Shown here in pieces: positions 9,236-19,143 of a stretch of DNA of 64,000 nt (position 1 is its first letter; each line of letters begins with the position of its first letter). The notes under the pieces are model-generated. The model did no database searches, had not been told where the DNA came from, and saw only the letters and a list, made by a program, of their open reading frames with translations. The DNA is taken from IMG/VR virus record IMGVR_UViG_3300011008_000002; one strand, 5' to 3'. The position numbers were made by a program, and so were the translations under genes. Origin of the DNA: a virus. Lineage: Duplodnaviria; Caudoviricetes.

Positions 9236-10852
9236 ATGAAGATATGGATTACACCACAAGATAAATTTCAGCAACTAAATGGTCTACAGGAAGTCACAAA
9301 CCCAATATCTTTTGAAAAGGGAATGATTCCGACTTCCGATGGATTATTTTCTACTGAGATTTTCGGTATGAACACTTACGACAGACGACATACATGGGCA
9401 TACATAGATCTCAAAAAACATTATCTTACACCAAAAGCATATATATCTTTGAAGGCATTAAATCGAAATTTTGAGTCCGTTATATTTGGCACGAAAAGGT
9501 TTAAGATTGAAAATGGAGTTTTGGAAGCAGATGAGAACGGTGGAACAGGTATTGAATGGCTTTATAAGAATTGGGAAAAGTTAAACTTCCCTAAGAATAG
9601 TAGTAACAAGAGAAGTGCCCATATTGATATGTTAAATAACTACAAAAAAGACGTTTTGTTTATTACAAAGTTTGGAGTTTGTCCGGCTTTTTATCGTGAT
9701 TTCAATACAGCAAATAACGATGGAGGGAAACCAAAAGTTCCTGAAATCAACGATAAATATGCTGCGATTTTAAGAAATGTCAGTATGATAGAATCAGCCA
9801 CGAACTTCGACTTTATGATAAACTCAATAGTCGGTAAAACCCAAGTTCTATTGAACGAAATATATGACCTAATGAAAGAGAAGATTAACGGAAAGAATGG
9901 TTACCTCAGACGTTCTATTCTCGGAAAATCTATTGATTATTGTGGTCGTATAGTCATTACTGCAACACCGTATGATAACGAATCCGTATATGACCAACAC
10001 ATCAATTTCTACTATACTGGAGTCCCGTTGTCTCACTGTTGCGCTCAGCTTACTCCGTTCATTGTATGGTGGCTAAACGGATATTTCCGTACTCGTGTAA
10101 TCGCCAGCAAAGACCAGTTTCCTGTAATGAACGATAAGTTAGAAAAGGTTTATGTACATCTTGACAATCCTGAAACAGTATTCAATGACGATTACATTGA
10201 TAAGAATTTGACTAGATGGATTAATAACCCTTCTAGCAGATTTGATTATATCGAAATTCCTATTAGGGAAGATGACAGGAAAAAGTTTGGTATCAAAGGT
10301 CCTAGGTATTTGATGTTAAATGGGTATTCATATACATCAACATCAATGGCTAGAACAGCATACCAGACAAACGGTACAAATAATGGGGTTTTACTTGAAA
10401 GACCAATGACCTGGACTGATTTGTTATATATGGCGGCATTTGATGTATCAGAAGATAAACACGTTGAAATCACTAGATACCCTATGCTTGATTATTTGGG
10501 GACATTTTTCTCAAGGATTTATGTTATTTCAACAAGGCAAACCGTTCCAATGATTATCAATGACAAATTATATGAAACATATCCTTATATCCAAACTAAC
10601 ATTCCTAAGGGTAGAGTTGAAGCTCAATTCATTGATTCATATAAAATATGCCCGCTATATCTTCCTGGACTTGATGGAGACCATGATGGCGATCAGATAA
10701 CATCTAAAATGGTCTTTTCAAAAGAGGCAAACGAAGAGATTGAAAGAATTATGACCAGTAAATCGAATATACTTACGATTGATGGTGGGAGTATTCGTTC
10801 AATCGGTAATGAGGGTATTCAAACCCTTTATACACTAACGAAATTTCATTGA
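9236..10852 (+). CDS. Phage multisubunit RNA polymerase beta' subunit, N-terminal/catalytic part
   Basis: DGLFSTEIFG, GKNGYLRRSILGKSIDY.GRIVI, RYPML and catalytic GLDGDHDGDQ (DxDGD). Ends soon after the active site, as split beta' genes of jumbo phages do. Confidence 0.92.
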   Translation: MKIWITPQDKFQQLNGLQEVTNPISFEKGMIPTSDGLFSTEIFGMNTYDRRHTWAYIDLKKHYLTPKAYISLKALNRNFESVIFGTKRFKIENGVLEADENGGTGIEWLYKNWEKLNFPKNSSNKRSAHIDMLNNYKKDVLFITKFGVCPAFYRDFNTANNDGGKPKVPEINDKYAAILRNVSMIESATNFDFMINSIVGKTQVLLNEIYDLMKEKINGKNGYLRRSILGKSIDYCGRIVITATPYDNESVYDQHINFYYTGVPLSHCCAQLTPFIVWWLNGYFRTRVIASKDQFPVMNDKLEKVYVHLDNPETVFNDDYIDKNLTRWINNPSSRFDYIEIPIREDDRKKFGIKGPRYLMLNGYSYTSTSMARTAYQTNGTNNGVLLERPMTWTDLLYMAAFDVSEDKHVEITRYPMLDYLGTFFSRIYVISTRQTVPMIINDKLYETYPYIQTNIPKGRVEAQFIDSYKICPLYLPGLDGDHDGDQITSKMVFSKEANEEIERIMTSKSNILTIDGGSIRSIGNEGIQTLYTLTKFH

Positions 10853-10856
10853 TGCG

Positions 10857-10897
10857 AATGATAAGTGACATGACAAAATCTGGTCACTTATCATTTT
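10857..10897 (+). terminator. Intrinsic terminator
   Basis: AATGATAAGTGAC/GTCACTTATCATT 13-bp stem then TT. Confidence 0.7.
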
Positions 10898-10942
10898 GCT
10901 TTCTACAAAAACTTAAGAAAATAAGGATAGGAGAATAATTAT

Positions 10943-12634
10943 ATGAAAAATTATAGAGACTTTGATATAATGAGAGCTAGAATTATAGCTGGAATTATTT
11001 CAGACAGGGATTTTGATATTCCTGTCGAAATTTATGACGAACTCAATAGCGAAGTAGTTATCTTATTATTGGATGATAAAATGAAATACTTAGGTAATAA
11101 GCAACTACTTGATAATTATGTACAGAACGAAAACGAACAGGGATTTTTCAAATACGTAAGAGAATGCGTGAAACACACAGATGCGTTATTTCAGATACTT
11201 AGATTTTCCAAGCATTCAGCAGAACGGTTGTTGTTTTTCTCTGGTAAGGAATGGGCTAAATTAGCAAAAGTTGATATAAAAACAGTTATGAATGACCTAA
11301 ACTTAGCCCTAGAGATACCAGAACTTAACGATGTAGTTCTTCTGATAATCATTTCCGTGATTGGAGTTCGTGTGAAATCTATGGGTTATATTAACGAAAC
11401 CAAGCTTTATGATACTTATCTCAGAAGCATAGATACCGATAATTTTAATGTTAAAAGTGCAGTAAAACTGGCATATCTTCTTGGGTTCAACGAAGATTAC
11501 AACGAGACTTTGAATTGTCTCAATAATGGTATACCGGTTTTATATAAGAAATTTTCATTAGAAGACCCATTAACGATTGTTATGTATCTTCAAACAGTAT
11601 TAGCGTCCGGGTACAACGGTATACTTGACGATAATATAAGTGATCAGTTAATCGAATACTATACTGATTACGTAGATGATGACTTAGATTTTTCGTGTAT
11701 CAAAATGCTATACGAGATTGGCGTAACCTTAAATCATAACAACCTGAAATACTTCCATAAGGTTATAAATTTACCCATAAGTACGGATGAGTTTATTAAA
11801 GAACTCAATATGCCAACTCTCAAATATGGTAAGTTTGATTATAATTATACTTTAACCCCATATGGATATATAAAGAATTTCAAAGTCATCACTGAGATTC
11901 TCGGAAAATCCAATACTGGATACTCACCGGTCTTACAAACGTTATTCATTAAGCGTGGTGGGGACATCGAAACAATGTTTGATGAAAACGGTAAACTTCT
12001 ACCAGAGGCATCTATCATAAGAACTAGAGACTCATTGGGAGAACTATTACGAATTTTAAGTGTTGATCAAATCAGGTTTTTGTTATTAAATTCACCTGAA
12101 TTTGTAAGCAATATCATTACAGCAGATTGGCAAGAGATGACTGATTGTATAAATATTGCAAAAGCCCTTATGGTTATACCGTTAGATGAAAATCTCTGGT
12201 CAGTTATAAACAATGATAATTTAGATAAACCCTTAGATTACAGAATGATGCTCATCAGTAAAATAAGAAGTTTTGTACCATTGAATATTTTATATGAAAT
12301 GGTACCTGAGACTATGGCGTATATCGAACCAAGTGTTGTATATATCAGTAGATTTATGACACTTGATAAGATGACTTATCCTCCTGCTCATAGGTTAATC
12401 CCATACTTAAAGAGATACATCGGTAATAAAAGTAAGTATAAGAGAATAAATCTGTATGAGAAAGGGGATTATGCATCAATACTAAGTGCAGTTGGTGATG
12501 ATTATCAATTCATGATTAGTAATATAGTCAATGGTGGAAAATACGGTTATATCTGTGATATGAAAGTTGATAATATCAGTGAACTGATAGATGCTATCAC
12601 CAGACTAACTTTAGAAGGGATAGAAGGGAGATGA
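10943..12634 (+). CDS. Hypothetical protein (563 aa), late-promoter associated
   Basis: Long ORF with RBS (AGGAG); ACA-N6-TAA at 10905-10916; no recognisable motif. Confidence 0.8.
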   Translation: MKNYRDFDIMRARIIAGIISDRDFDIPVEIYDELNSEVVILLLDDKMKYLGNKQLLDNYVQNENEQGFFKYVRECVKHTDALFQILRFSKHSAERLLFFSGKEWAKLAKVDIKTVMNDLNLALEIPELNDVVLLIIISVIGVRVKSMGYINETKLYDTYLRSIDTDNFNVKSAVKLAYLLGFNEDYNETLNCLNNGIPVLYKKFSLEDPLTIVMYLQTVLASGYNGILDDNISDQLIEYYTDYVDDDLDFSCIKMLYEIGVTLNHNNLKYFHKVINLPISTDEFIKELNMPTLKYGKFDYNYTLTPYGYIKNFKVITEILGKSNTGYSPVLQTLFIKRGGDIETMFDENGKLLPEASIIRTRDSLGELLRILSVDQIRFLLLNSPEFVSNIITADWQEMTDCINIAKALMVIPLDENLWSVINNDNLDKPLDYRMMLISKIRSFVPLNILYEMVPETMAYIEPSVVYISRFMTLDKMTYPPAHRLIPYLKRYIGNKSKYKRINLYEKGDYASILSAVGDDYQFMISNIVNGGKYGYICDMKVDNISELIDAITRLTLEGIEGR

Positions 12635-12641
12635 GTTTCAT

Positions 12642-13895
12642 ATGACATCAATATTAGATAAAGTATCTGGTGGGGAAAAGTGGAAAGCCTGTAAATATTC
12701 CATAAATATTTCCCTCAAGTTTGAAGATGGTACTGTGAGAAAACTCCATACAACCCAAATTCTTAGCTTATATATTGAGAAAGACTTCGATACAGATCAT
12801 TTACCAATAATGATGGTTGATTTAGCACTTAGTACAATCGACCAAAATTTAGTAAACAGTAAGACGGAATTTCAGGTACAGATAAAGCAGTTTTATATAG
12901 AAGAAAGTGAGGGTGAAAAGAAATCCCAGAAATATTTTCTAAATGATACATTTGTGAAGATGGATTATGGGAAAAGCCCTGACTCAGCTGCCAAAATTAA
13001 CAAAGACATACGTAAAGAGGAATACTTATCAGACGACGATGTCGCTCCTGTTGATTTAACCAATAAGGTTTCTTATACCTTATATAAGAAATCTGATTTA
13101 GCATTGACAAAAACCATTGTAAATGGTAATCTGTCAAATGTCACACAGCTAAAAATATTGGCTTGGATGATACAAAAATCCGGATGTAGGAAAAGATTTC
13201 TTTTATCCAACTTTACAAATTCAAAGGAAGTAAAAGAAATCATGGTTCATCCTAAGGGATTTCTTGAAAGTATGATAGAGACCGAAAAAGAATATGGTTG
13301 GCATACTGAAGGAACTTACATATTTTTCGATTATGACTTACTATATATTATCAGAATGAATGGTAAGTGTACTGCATGGCAGCAAAATGAACCAAAAACA
13401 TTGTGCTTCTGCATAACCAGTTCAACATCATCCGATAATATACCAACTGGTGTACTCCCTAAAAATGACACGATTTATTACAATATAGGGGGAGACCAGT
13501 ACAAAACTTCAGTATCAACCGACATCAATGAACATATCGAAGGGAGCAACGTGATATTGGTAAATACATCTGATGGTAGTACGTCAAATGTATCTGGTGG
13601 TTCATCGGGTGGGTCATATCAGGCTAAATCATATCACGGTCATAATCCCTATGTGAGCGAGCAACATAAAAGAAGACAGTCTGAACTAGCAAATCAGGTA
13701 ACTCTTGTTTGTATGAATGGGGATATTGGATACCTGACTCCTAATAAGGCTGTAAAGATACTTACTGATATGACAGAGAATGTAAGTAAGTTCAACGGAG
13801 ATTTTAGATTAGCTGAAATTAAGGTGTCTTTCGGAAAGAATGGGGAGTTCTTTGATAACGCTGCGAGGATAGTGTTGAAAAAGGTATCCAATTAA
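12642..13895 (+). CDS. Probable baseplate hub or tail protein (gp27/late-control-D-like)
   Basis: 417 aa; the C-terminal GDIGYLTPNKAV...GDFRLAEIKVSF resembles the hub-protein end; co-transcribed with late genes. Confidence 0.45.
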   Translation: MTSILDKVSGGEKWKACKYSINISLKFEDGTVRKLHTTQILSLYIEKDFDTDHLPIMMVDLALSTIDQNLVNSKTEFQVQIKQFYIEESEGEKKSQKYFLNDTFVKMDYGKSPDSAAKINKDIRKEEYLSDDDVAPVDLTNKVSYTLYKKSDLALTKTIVNGNLSNVTQLKILAWMIQKSGCRKRFLLSNFTNSKEVKEIMVHPKGFLESMIETEKEYGWHTEGTYIFFDYDLLYIIRMNGKCTAWQQNEPKTLCFCITSSTSSDNIPTGVLPKNDTIYYNIGGDQYKTSVSTDINEHIEGSNVILVNTSDGSTSNVSGGSSGGSYQAKSYHGHNPYVSEQHKRRQSELANQVTLVCMNGDIGYLTPNKAVKILTDMTENVSKFNGDFRLAEIKVSFGKNGEFFDNAARIVLKKVSN

Positions 13896-13909
13896 TCCGT
13901 TTGGTCGTT

Positions 13910-13938
13910 ATTTTATTGCTATATTAAACCTCTGTAAC
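13910..13938 (+). promoter_or_regulatory. Putative early promoter (TATATTAA...TGTAAC)
   Basis: ATTTTATTGCTATATTAAA is almost identical to 46081-46099; TATATTAAACCTCTGTAAC is similar to 45177-45195. Confidence 0.6.
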
Positions 13939-13966
13939 TAGAGATCATTCATAAAGGAGGCATCAT

Positions 13967-14227
13967 ATGATAACCCCTAGGTCGTTCAGTGTCGATGGTA
14001 GAAAACATATATCCATTGATGAGGGATTTTCCCTGGACTTCGACGATGAATTCCGATCCGTCACGATAACCGATGACACACGTGATGAAAAGAGGGCTGT
14101 GTTGTTTGATACGTGGGGAGAGGTCAATAAGTTTCGTTGTAAATTAAAAGGAGAAACGCTAGAGATTGCATTTTACTCTAACATGATCACCGTACCAATG
14201 ATAAGTGTTGATCGTGGTATAGGGTGA
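13967..14227 (+). CDS. Hypothetical protein (86 aa), putative early gene
   Basis: RBS AAAGGAGG; TATATTAA site at 13920; terminator downstream. Confidence 0.75.
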   Translation: MITPRSFSVDGRKHISIDEGFSLDFDDEFRSVTITDDTRDEKRAVLFDTWGEVNKFRCKLKGETLEIAFYSNMITVPMISVDRGIG

Positions 14228-14235
14228 CGATTATG

Positions 14236-14273
14236 AGGACTGGGAACTTTTATTGTTCCCAGTCCTATTTTTT
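14236..14273 (+). terminator. Terminator between convergent genes
   Basis: AGGACTGGGAAC/GTTCCCAGTCCT stem followed by ATTTTTT. Confidence 0.8.
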
Positions 14274-14277
14274 GTAT

Positions 14278-16545
14278 TTAACCTGCTTTTACAACCTCTT
14301 CGTTTTCTTCTTTCTGCTCCTTAGCGGCATTCTTAGAGATGTACTTACCATTCTTGTCGAACTTTGGACGAGTACCATCTATCTCCGATAAGGCATTTAC
14401 ATAAGCAAGGAATTGCTCCTCTCTTGCTTTGATGTAGAGTGTAATGACATTCTTGAAGAACCTATCTGTATTCTTCTTATATTCAACAGCTGCATTATTG
14501 GTCTTCTTATTACCACCTTCAGCCTCTGTTTTATCTTCAGAAGATACTTGCGTAGCAGACTTCAGTTCATTATTCTGAGCATTAGAATCTTTCGCACCTT
14601 CATTTCCTGATGCAGTCTGATTAGCAGCATTACTCTTATTGGCATCTGACAGTCCTGCATTAGCTGTACCAACATTCGTTTCTCCAGCTTCTGTAACAAC
14701 TGTTCTCTTACTACCAGTAATAGGTCCGAATATTGAATTATAATTCTCACAAGCTATCACTTCACTTTCACAGATAGGTCTACTTATCAAATCCAAATAA
14801 GTACTACCAGTAACTGATTCCGTTACAGTGAACCCATCACTCAGATTCTTGAATGTACTACTGATGTTTTCTGAAGGTTTCGTTACAGACGTTCCATATT
14901 GGTCAATATACTTAACCATAGCAGATACTTTGTTTGAAAGATCTGCTCCATTTAATGTAACAGTATCAAGTTTACCATCAGTTGCACCAGTACGGAAATA
15001 GTTAATCAAGATATTCTTACTAGAATCATCATTGATTTTTTCTAAAGAATCTAAGTTACTGACAATGTCTTTAGCATACCCGTAGTTTGAAAAATCCCTA
15101 TTGGTATAAGCCTTACGGATTGCTCCTATAATGGAGTTAGCCATTCCTGCGTAATCTGCGTCAGCAAAATTAGCCATTTTGAAATCTTTTTTATTCTTGG
15201 CTTTATCAGCCAACCCATCTTTGATTTCAGCTAACCACGGCTTATATCTCTGAGCTTCCCCAATAGCTTTCTGACGGAATGCTTTTACAACTGTCTCAAT
15301 AATATCAGATATAACTTGTTTCACCTTTCCCATACGAGAGTCCATATCTGCTTCGAATAACCAAATAGTTTCATGACCCTTTATGGACTCAATGAGAAAT
15401 TCTGCCTCTGTAAGAAGTGAAATCTTTGAAAGTTCGTCGTAATACTTGTAACTCTGAATATCAGACTCAAGAGCATATGATGCATAGCTCCTTCCCATAT
15501 ATCCATAATCAGGGAATACCGTAAGACTCTCAGATGTACTGGTTTCTTTAGTCTCCCCAAATAAACATTTCCTGAGGATAATTCTCTCCTGTTTAATCTG
15601 ATCTTTCAGAGCATTTACACGTTCACAAGCAACAAGATTTATCATACCCGCAATCTTATTTACTTGCTTTGATTTCATAGATGCATACGCTGCGATAATA
15701 TCTGTATTGGAAGCGTCAATGTAGTTATTAGTAGAACTGAATTTTCTATCGGAAATATCTATCCTAGCTGCATTGACCTGAGTATTCTTTCCTCTATATA
15801 TCTTCGGTAACGTATCCGAGAAAAACGATTCCGTTTTAGATAATAGAGTAAGTAACTTATCTCTATCTCTTATGGCTTCCTTTTTTGTCTTCTCAATTTT
15901 TTCAGCGTGCGAAAGTATACCATTGACATAAGTTTTATCAACCTCAATTTCACTGGTACTCTCTTCATCGTTTCGATAATATTTCCTGATTGTGTCAGTG
16001 AACTCGTCATCAGGTATGGATTGCCCATATCCAAGCACTTCGCCTCTGAGTTTATCAAGATTGTCTTCTTTCAACCACTCAAATATTTGGTCTTTGAAAT
16101 CACCATTCTTGAGTTTTGACAACTTCTCAATATCAGAATTATAATCGGATACAATTTTTTCAAACTCTGATGTATTCGGACCAGACTTCTCAAGAACAGT
16201 GAATTTATACCCTCTGATTTTGAAATCTATATCCTTATCGCTGATATGAGGTTTCACCTGAGCAGCAAGTTTATCTAAGTCTTCAGAACCTGATGTAATA
16301 TAGAGAAGAATCTTTTTGAAAAAGGCTTTAATCTTTTCCATAATCTTCTTGATTCCATCAGCAATCTTCTTGAACATATCTAATGCACCCTCTACTACAA
16401 TATCAGGGTCTGCACCAGAACCTATCAAGTATCCTTCATATACGAAGGATTTGAAATTTTCCGAATCTGACCGTTTGATATCATACACTATAGAGAGAGC
16501 TTCAAGAGTTGCATCAAAAGAATCAAGTTCTAGTAATGTATTCAT
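14278..16545 (-). CDS. Virion inner-head protein containing two copies of the paralog domain
   Basis: Shares EG...IK..F.K...K.FFK.I and K..GYK blocks with the two upstream ORFs; many x-x-E-[SAG] sites (TLEA, VYEG, VVEG, ALES, LFEA, VTES, VTEA). Confidence 0.65.
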   Translation of the reverse strand: MNTLLELDSFDATLEALSIVYDIKRSDSENFKSFVYEGYLIGSGADPDIVVEGALDMFKKIADGIKKIMEKIKAFFKKILLYITSGSEDLDKLAAQVKPHISDKDIDFKIRGYKFTVLEKSGPNTSEFEKIVSDYNSDIEKLSKLKNGDFKDQIFEWLKEDNLDKLRGEVLGYGQSIPDDEFTDTIRKYYRNDEESTSEIEVDKTYVNGILSHAEKIEKTKKEAIRDRDKLLTLLSKTESFFSDTLPKIYRGKNTQVNAARIDISDRKFSSTNNYIDASNTDIIAAYASMKSKQVNKIAGMINLVACERVNALKDQIKQERIILRKCLFGETKETSTSESLTVFPDYGYMGRSYASYALESDIQSYKYYDELSKISLLTEAEFLIESIKGHETIWLFEADMDSRMGKVKQVISDIIETVVKAFRQKAIGEAQRYKPWLAEIKDGLADKAKNKKDFKMANFADADYAGMANSIIGAIRKAYTNRDFSNYGYAKDIVSNLDSLEKINDDSSKNILINYFRTGATDGKLDTVTLNGADLSNKVSAMVKYIDQYGTSVTKPSENISSTFKNLSDGFTVTESVTGSTYLDLISRPICESEVIACENYNSIFGPITGSKRTVVTEAGETNVGTANAGLSDANKSNAANQTASGNEGAKDSNAQNNELKSATQVSSEDKTEAEGGNKKTNNAAVEYKKNTDRFFKNVITLYIKAREEQFLAYVNALSEIDGTRPKFDKNGKYISKNAAKEQKEENEEVVKAG

Positions 16546-16586
16546 TGATTACTCTCCTTTCGTTATCTTTATTATTTTGTAGCCAT

Positions 16587-16626
16587 AAAATAAACAAGAA
16601 CAGAGGAACCAAATCCTCTGTTCTTG
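16587..16626 (-). terminator. Intra-operon terminator
   Basis: CAAGAACAGAGGA/TCCTCTGTTCTTG 13-bp stem with a T-rich tail on the minus strand. Confidence 0.7.
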
Positions 16627-16666
16627 CTTCTTATATCCTTTTGAGGATATGTAACCGTGTTCTTTA

Positions 16667-17965
16667 TCAGAACGAATACTTAGCTGCCATATCAAGGATG
16701 CTCTGCACAGCAGACTCAGCCGTAGCTTCCTCATCATCATCGCCACCCTTAGCAGCCTTCTTTCCGTCGTCTCCGCCCTTGCCGCCGTCGCAATCTTCAC
16801 AATCCTCTCCTTCGAGAACCAGGCTGGACTCAAGAGCTGCGAAAGCATCCACATCGAATACACCCATGGACTCCTGCTTCGGATTGTAATTGTAAAATCC
16901 CTTCAATGCACCAAGCCAACTGCTGGACATTTCCTTATAGATCTCAATACGGACATTGCAAGCATCCTTTACTGCATTGAGCAGTGCAGAAATCTTACCG
17001 GAAATGTTAGAGGCATGAGAAACCTTGTTGCTGGCTGCGGTACGAGCCGCGTCATCGGCATCACTAGCCGTCTCTTCTTTGAAATTGTTAAGCTTCTTAA
17101 CGACATCATTGACTTTAGTTTCAAAGCTGTTTAAATCCTTCTGAAGCTTATCAATCGTATCCTTAGACTTCTCAAGGAAATCAACCATATCTCCTACGTT
17201 GTTTCCAGAGAAATCAACAATCTCCCTCTTATCGGTATCACCGTTACGATACTTAAGAGTAAGTTCCTCCTTAAGCTGCGTCGTATCGGAAACATCAACC
17301 GCCGAAAGCTTTCTAAGGACATCTTCAAGATACTCATTGGCACTCTTAGCCTTTTCGCCGTCAAACGTATCGCTCAACTTAGACTTCATCATTTCATCGA
17401 ATTCAGCCTGAGACTTAGCATCATTGGCAATACTGAAACCATCACCAATAAGCGCATCCATCTTCTTCGTGAGCGCATCCTTGACACTCTGGACAGCAGA
17501 GTCACCTTCAGATTTCTTATAGACATATCCTTTATAGGAATATCCCTTGACCTTCGAAGCCTTATCTTTTACGGTCTTACCAAACTTCTTGACAAAATCT
17601 CCCGCATTGGAGAACATTGCCTTGAACCAGTCGATGACCTTCTTATAGAAAGCCTGAACCTTAGCAAGGAACTTCTGAAAAGCCGCCTTGATCTTTGCAA
17701 TACCATTTCCAATGATACCCTCAGATACCGCCACCATATCGAAGGACTCTCCTACACGCTGAGCCCGAATTGCCTGTGCCGCACCTATAACATCCGCCGC
17801 CATGTAAGCCTTCTCAGCTTCCATGATATCCGAAAACAGGTCTGCACACGCCGAAGTCATATAACTCGATTCTGCAACAGCAGAGGTACTGAAATCATAG
17901 CTGGGCATTCCATCATTACGAGATGCATTAGCACCTTCCATGATAACACTCGCAAGCATACTCAT
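16667..17965 (-). CDS. Virion inner-head protein (paralog family)
   Basis: MSMLASVIME|G start; VSE|G then an amphipathic helix; acidic C-terminal tail with further E-[SAG] sites; RBS AAAGGAGGT. Confidence 0.65.
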   Translation of the reverse strand: MSMLASVIMEGANASRNDGMPSYDFSTSAVAESSYMTSACADLFSDIMEAEKAYMAADVIGAAQAIRAQRVGESFDMVAVSEGIIGNGIAKIKAAFQKFLAKVQAFYKKVIDWFKAMFSNAGDFVKKFGKTVKDKASKVKGYSYKGYVYKKSEGDSAVQSVKDALTKKMDALIGDGFSIANDAKSQAEFDEMMKSKLSDTFDGEKAKSANEYLEDVLRKLSAVDVSDTTQLKEELTLKYRNGDTDKREIVDFSGNNVGDMVDFLEKSKDTIDKLQKDLNSFETKVNDVVKKLNNFKEETASDADDAARTAASNKVSHASNISGKISALLNAVKDACNVRIEIYKEMSSSWLGALKGFYNYNPKQESMGVFDVDAFAALESSLVLEGEDCEDCDGGKGGDDGKKAAKGGDDDEEATAESAVQSILDMAAKYSF

Positions 17966-17967
17966 GA

Positions 17968-19080
17968 TTACTTACCTCCTTTATTCTTTCTTGCATACGC
18001 AAACGCACCAGTAAGTGCCTTCTTGTACGCAGCATTCCGTTCAACAACAGCAGTCTTAACCGCGTTGTTCTTCTTATTCTCAAGAGACTGAATCTTGGTA
18101 ACAATTGCCGACAACGCATGATAGGTATTGGTGACATTACTAGCCCCAGCAGAGTTGTACTTATAGGTGACCGCACCATTTTTTCTTTCAATCATACCGT
18201 CGGAATTCTTTTCCAACTTGTTGAAACTGTTCTCAGCAGATTTGATCCCATCAAGAATCTTACCGTAGTTCCGATCAGCGTTCTTAATCGCGCTGTCAAT
18301 ATTTGAAATGACATCGTTGGAACTCTTAAGCGCCGTAATCGCATCATCAAAGAAACTAGATACTTCAACATCATCAGTATCGCTCTGACCCTTCGCGCCA
18401 GAACGCATATTTGACCAGAGTATATCATCATACTCGTCTTCGTTAGCATCCTTTCCAAGAATGGTCATTACAGCCTTCTTGTATTCTTTTTCAAACTCGT
18501 CTTTGATAAATCCTTCATCAAGTTCAGATACCTTGCTCACCTTAGTGTCATAATTGTTATTAAGAGCAGCGTCTATGGAACCCTCAGCCACCTTATTCAC
18601 ATTATCAAAAAGACTACTCAACTTTCCATCGTTCAAATACTTATCGAAAGAATACTTGAACATGGAAATCTTATAGCCCTTCAGATCGTTCCTAATAGCC
18701 TTCAGATCATCGGCATAAGTTTCGACCCACTTCCTGTCATTACCGAAGATACCAGTGAGATACCTCTTGATATTGTGAAGAAAATCCTTAACCTTGTCCC
18801 TCAAGTTAATGAAGAACTGCTTAATCTTTTCCCAAGCGCCCTTGATAGACGCTTCCATAACGGACGCCTGCGAAGACTCCTCAACGCATGTCGCACCCTC
18901 TAACGCAGCCTGGATTTCGCAAGAATTCGGTACATAGAAAATCGACTCATAGATATCCCTAAGTGCTTCCGCCGATTCCATCGCGATCATACCTGCGCCA
19001 TTCTCATGATCATAGTGGTGGTTGAGCTTTGCCGTCCCGTAGGACGCTCCCTCCATAATCATAGTCGCAAGATTAGACAT
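17968..19080 (-). CDS. Virion inner-head protein (paralog family)
   Basis: MSNLATMIME|G start; VME|A then IKGAWEKIKQFF; RBS AAAGGAGGT. Confidence 0.65.
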   Translation of the reverse strand: MSNLATMIMEGASYGTAKLNHHYDHENGAGMIAMESAEALRDIYESIFYVPNSCEIQAALEGATCVEESSQASVMEASIKGAWEKIKQFFINLRDKVKDFLHNIKRYLTGIFGNDRKWVETYADDLKAIRNDLKGYKISMFKYSFDKYLNDGKLSSLFDNVNKVAEGSIDAALNNNYDTKVSKVSELDEGFIKDEFEKEYKKAVMTILGKDANEDEYDDILWSNMRSGAKGQSDTDDVEVSSFFDDAITALKSSNDVISNIDSAIKNADRNYGKILDGIKSAENSFNKLEKNSDGMIERKNGAVTYKYNSAGASNVTNTYHALSAIVTKIQSLENKKNNAVKTAVVERNAAYKKALTGAFAYARKNKGGK

Positions 19081-19143
19081 GATTATTTACCTCCTTTTAC
19101 ATATTTTTCATTCTTTGTAGTTTGTACAAATTACAAAGCACTT

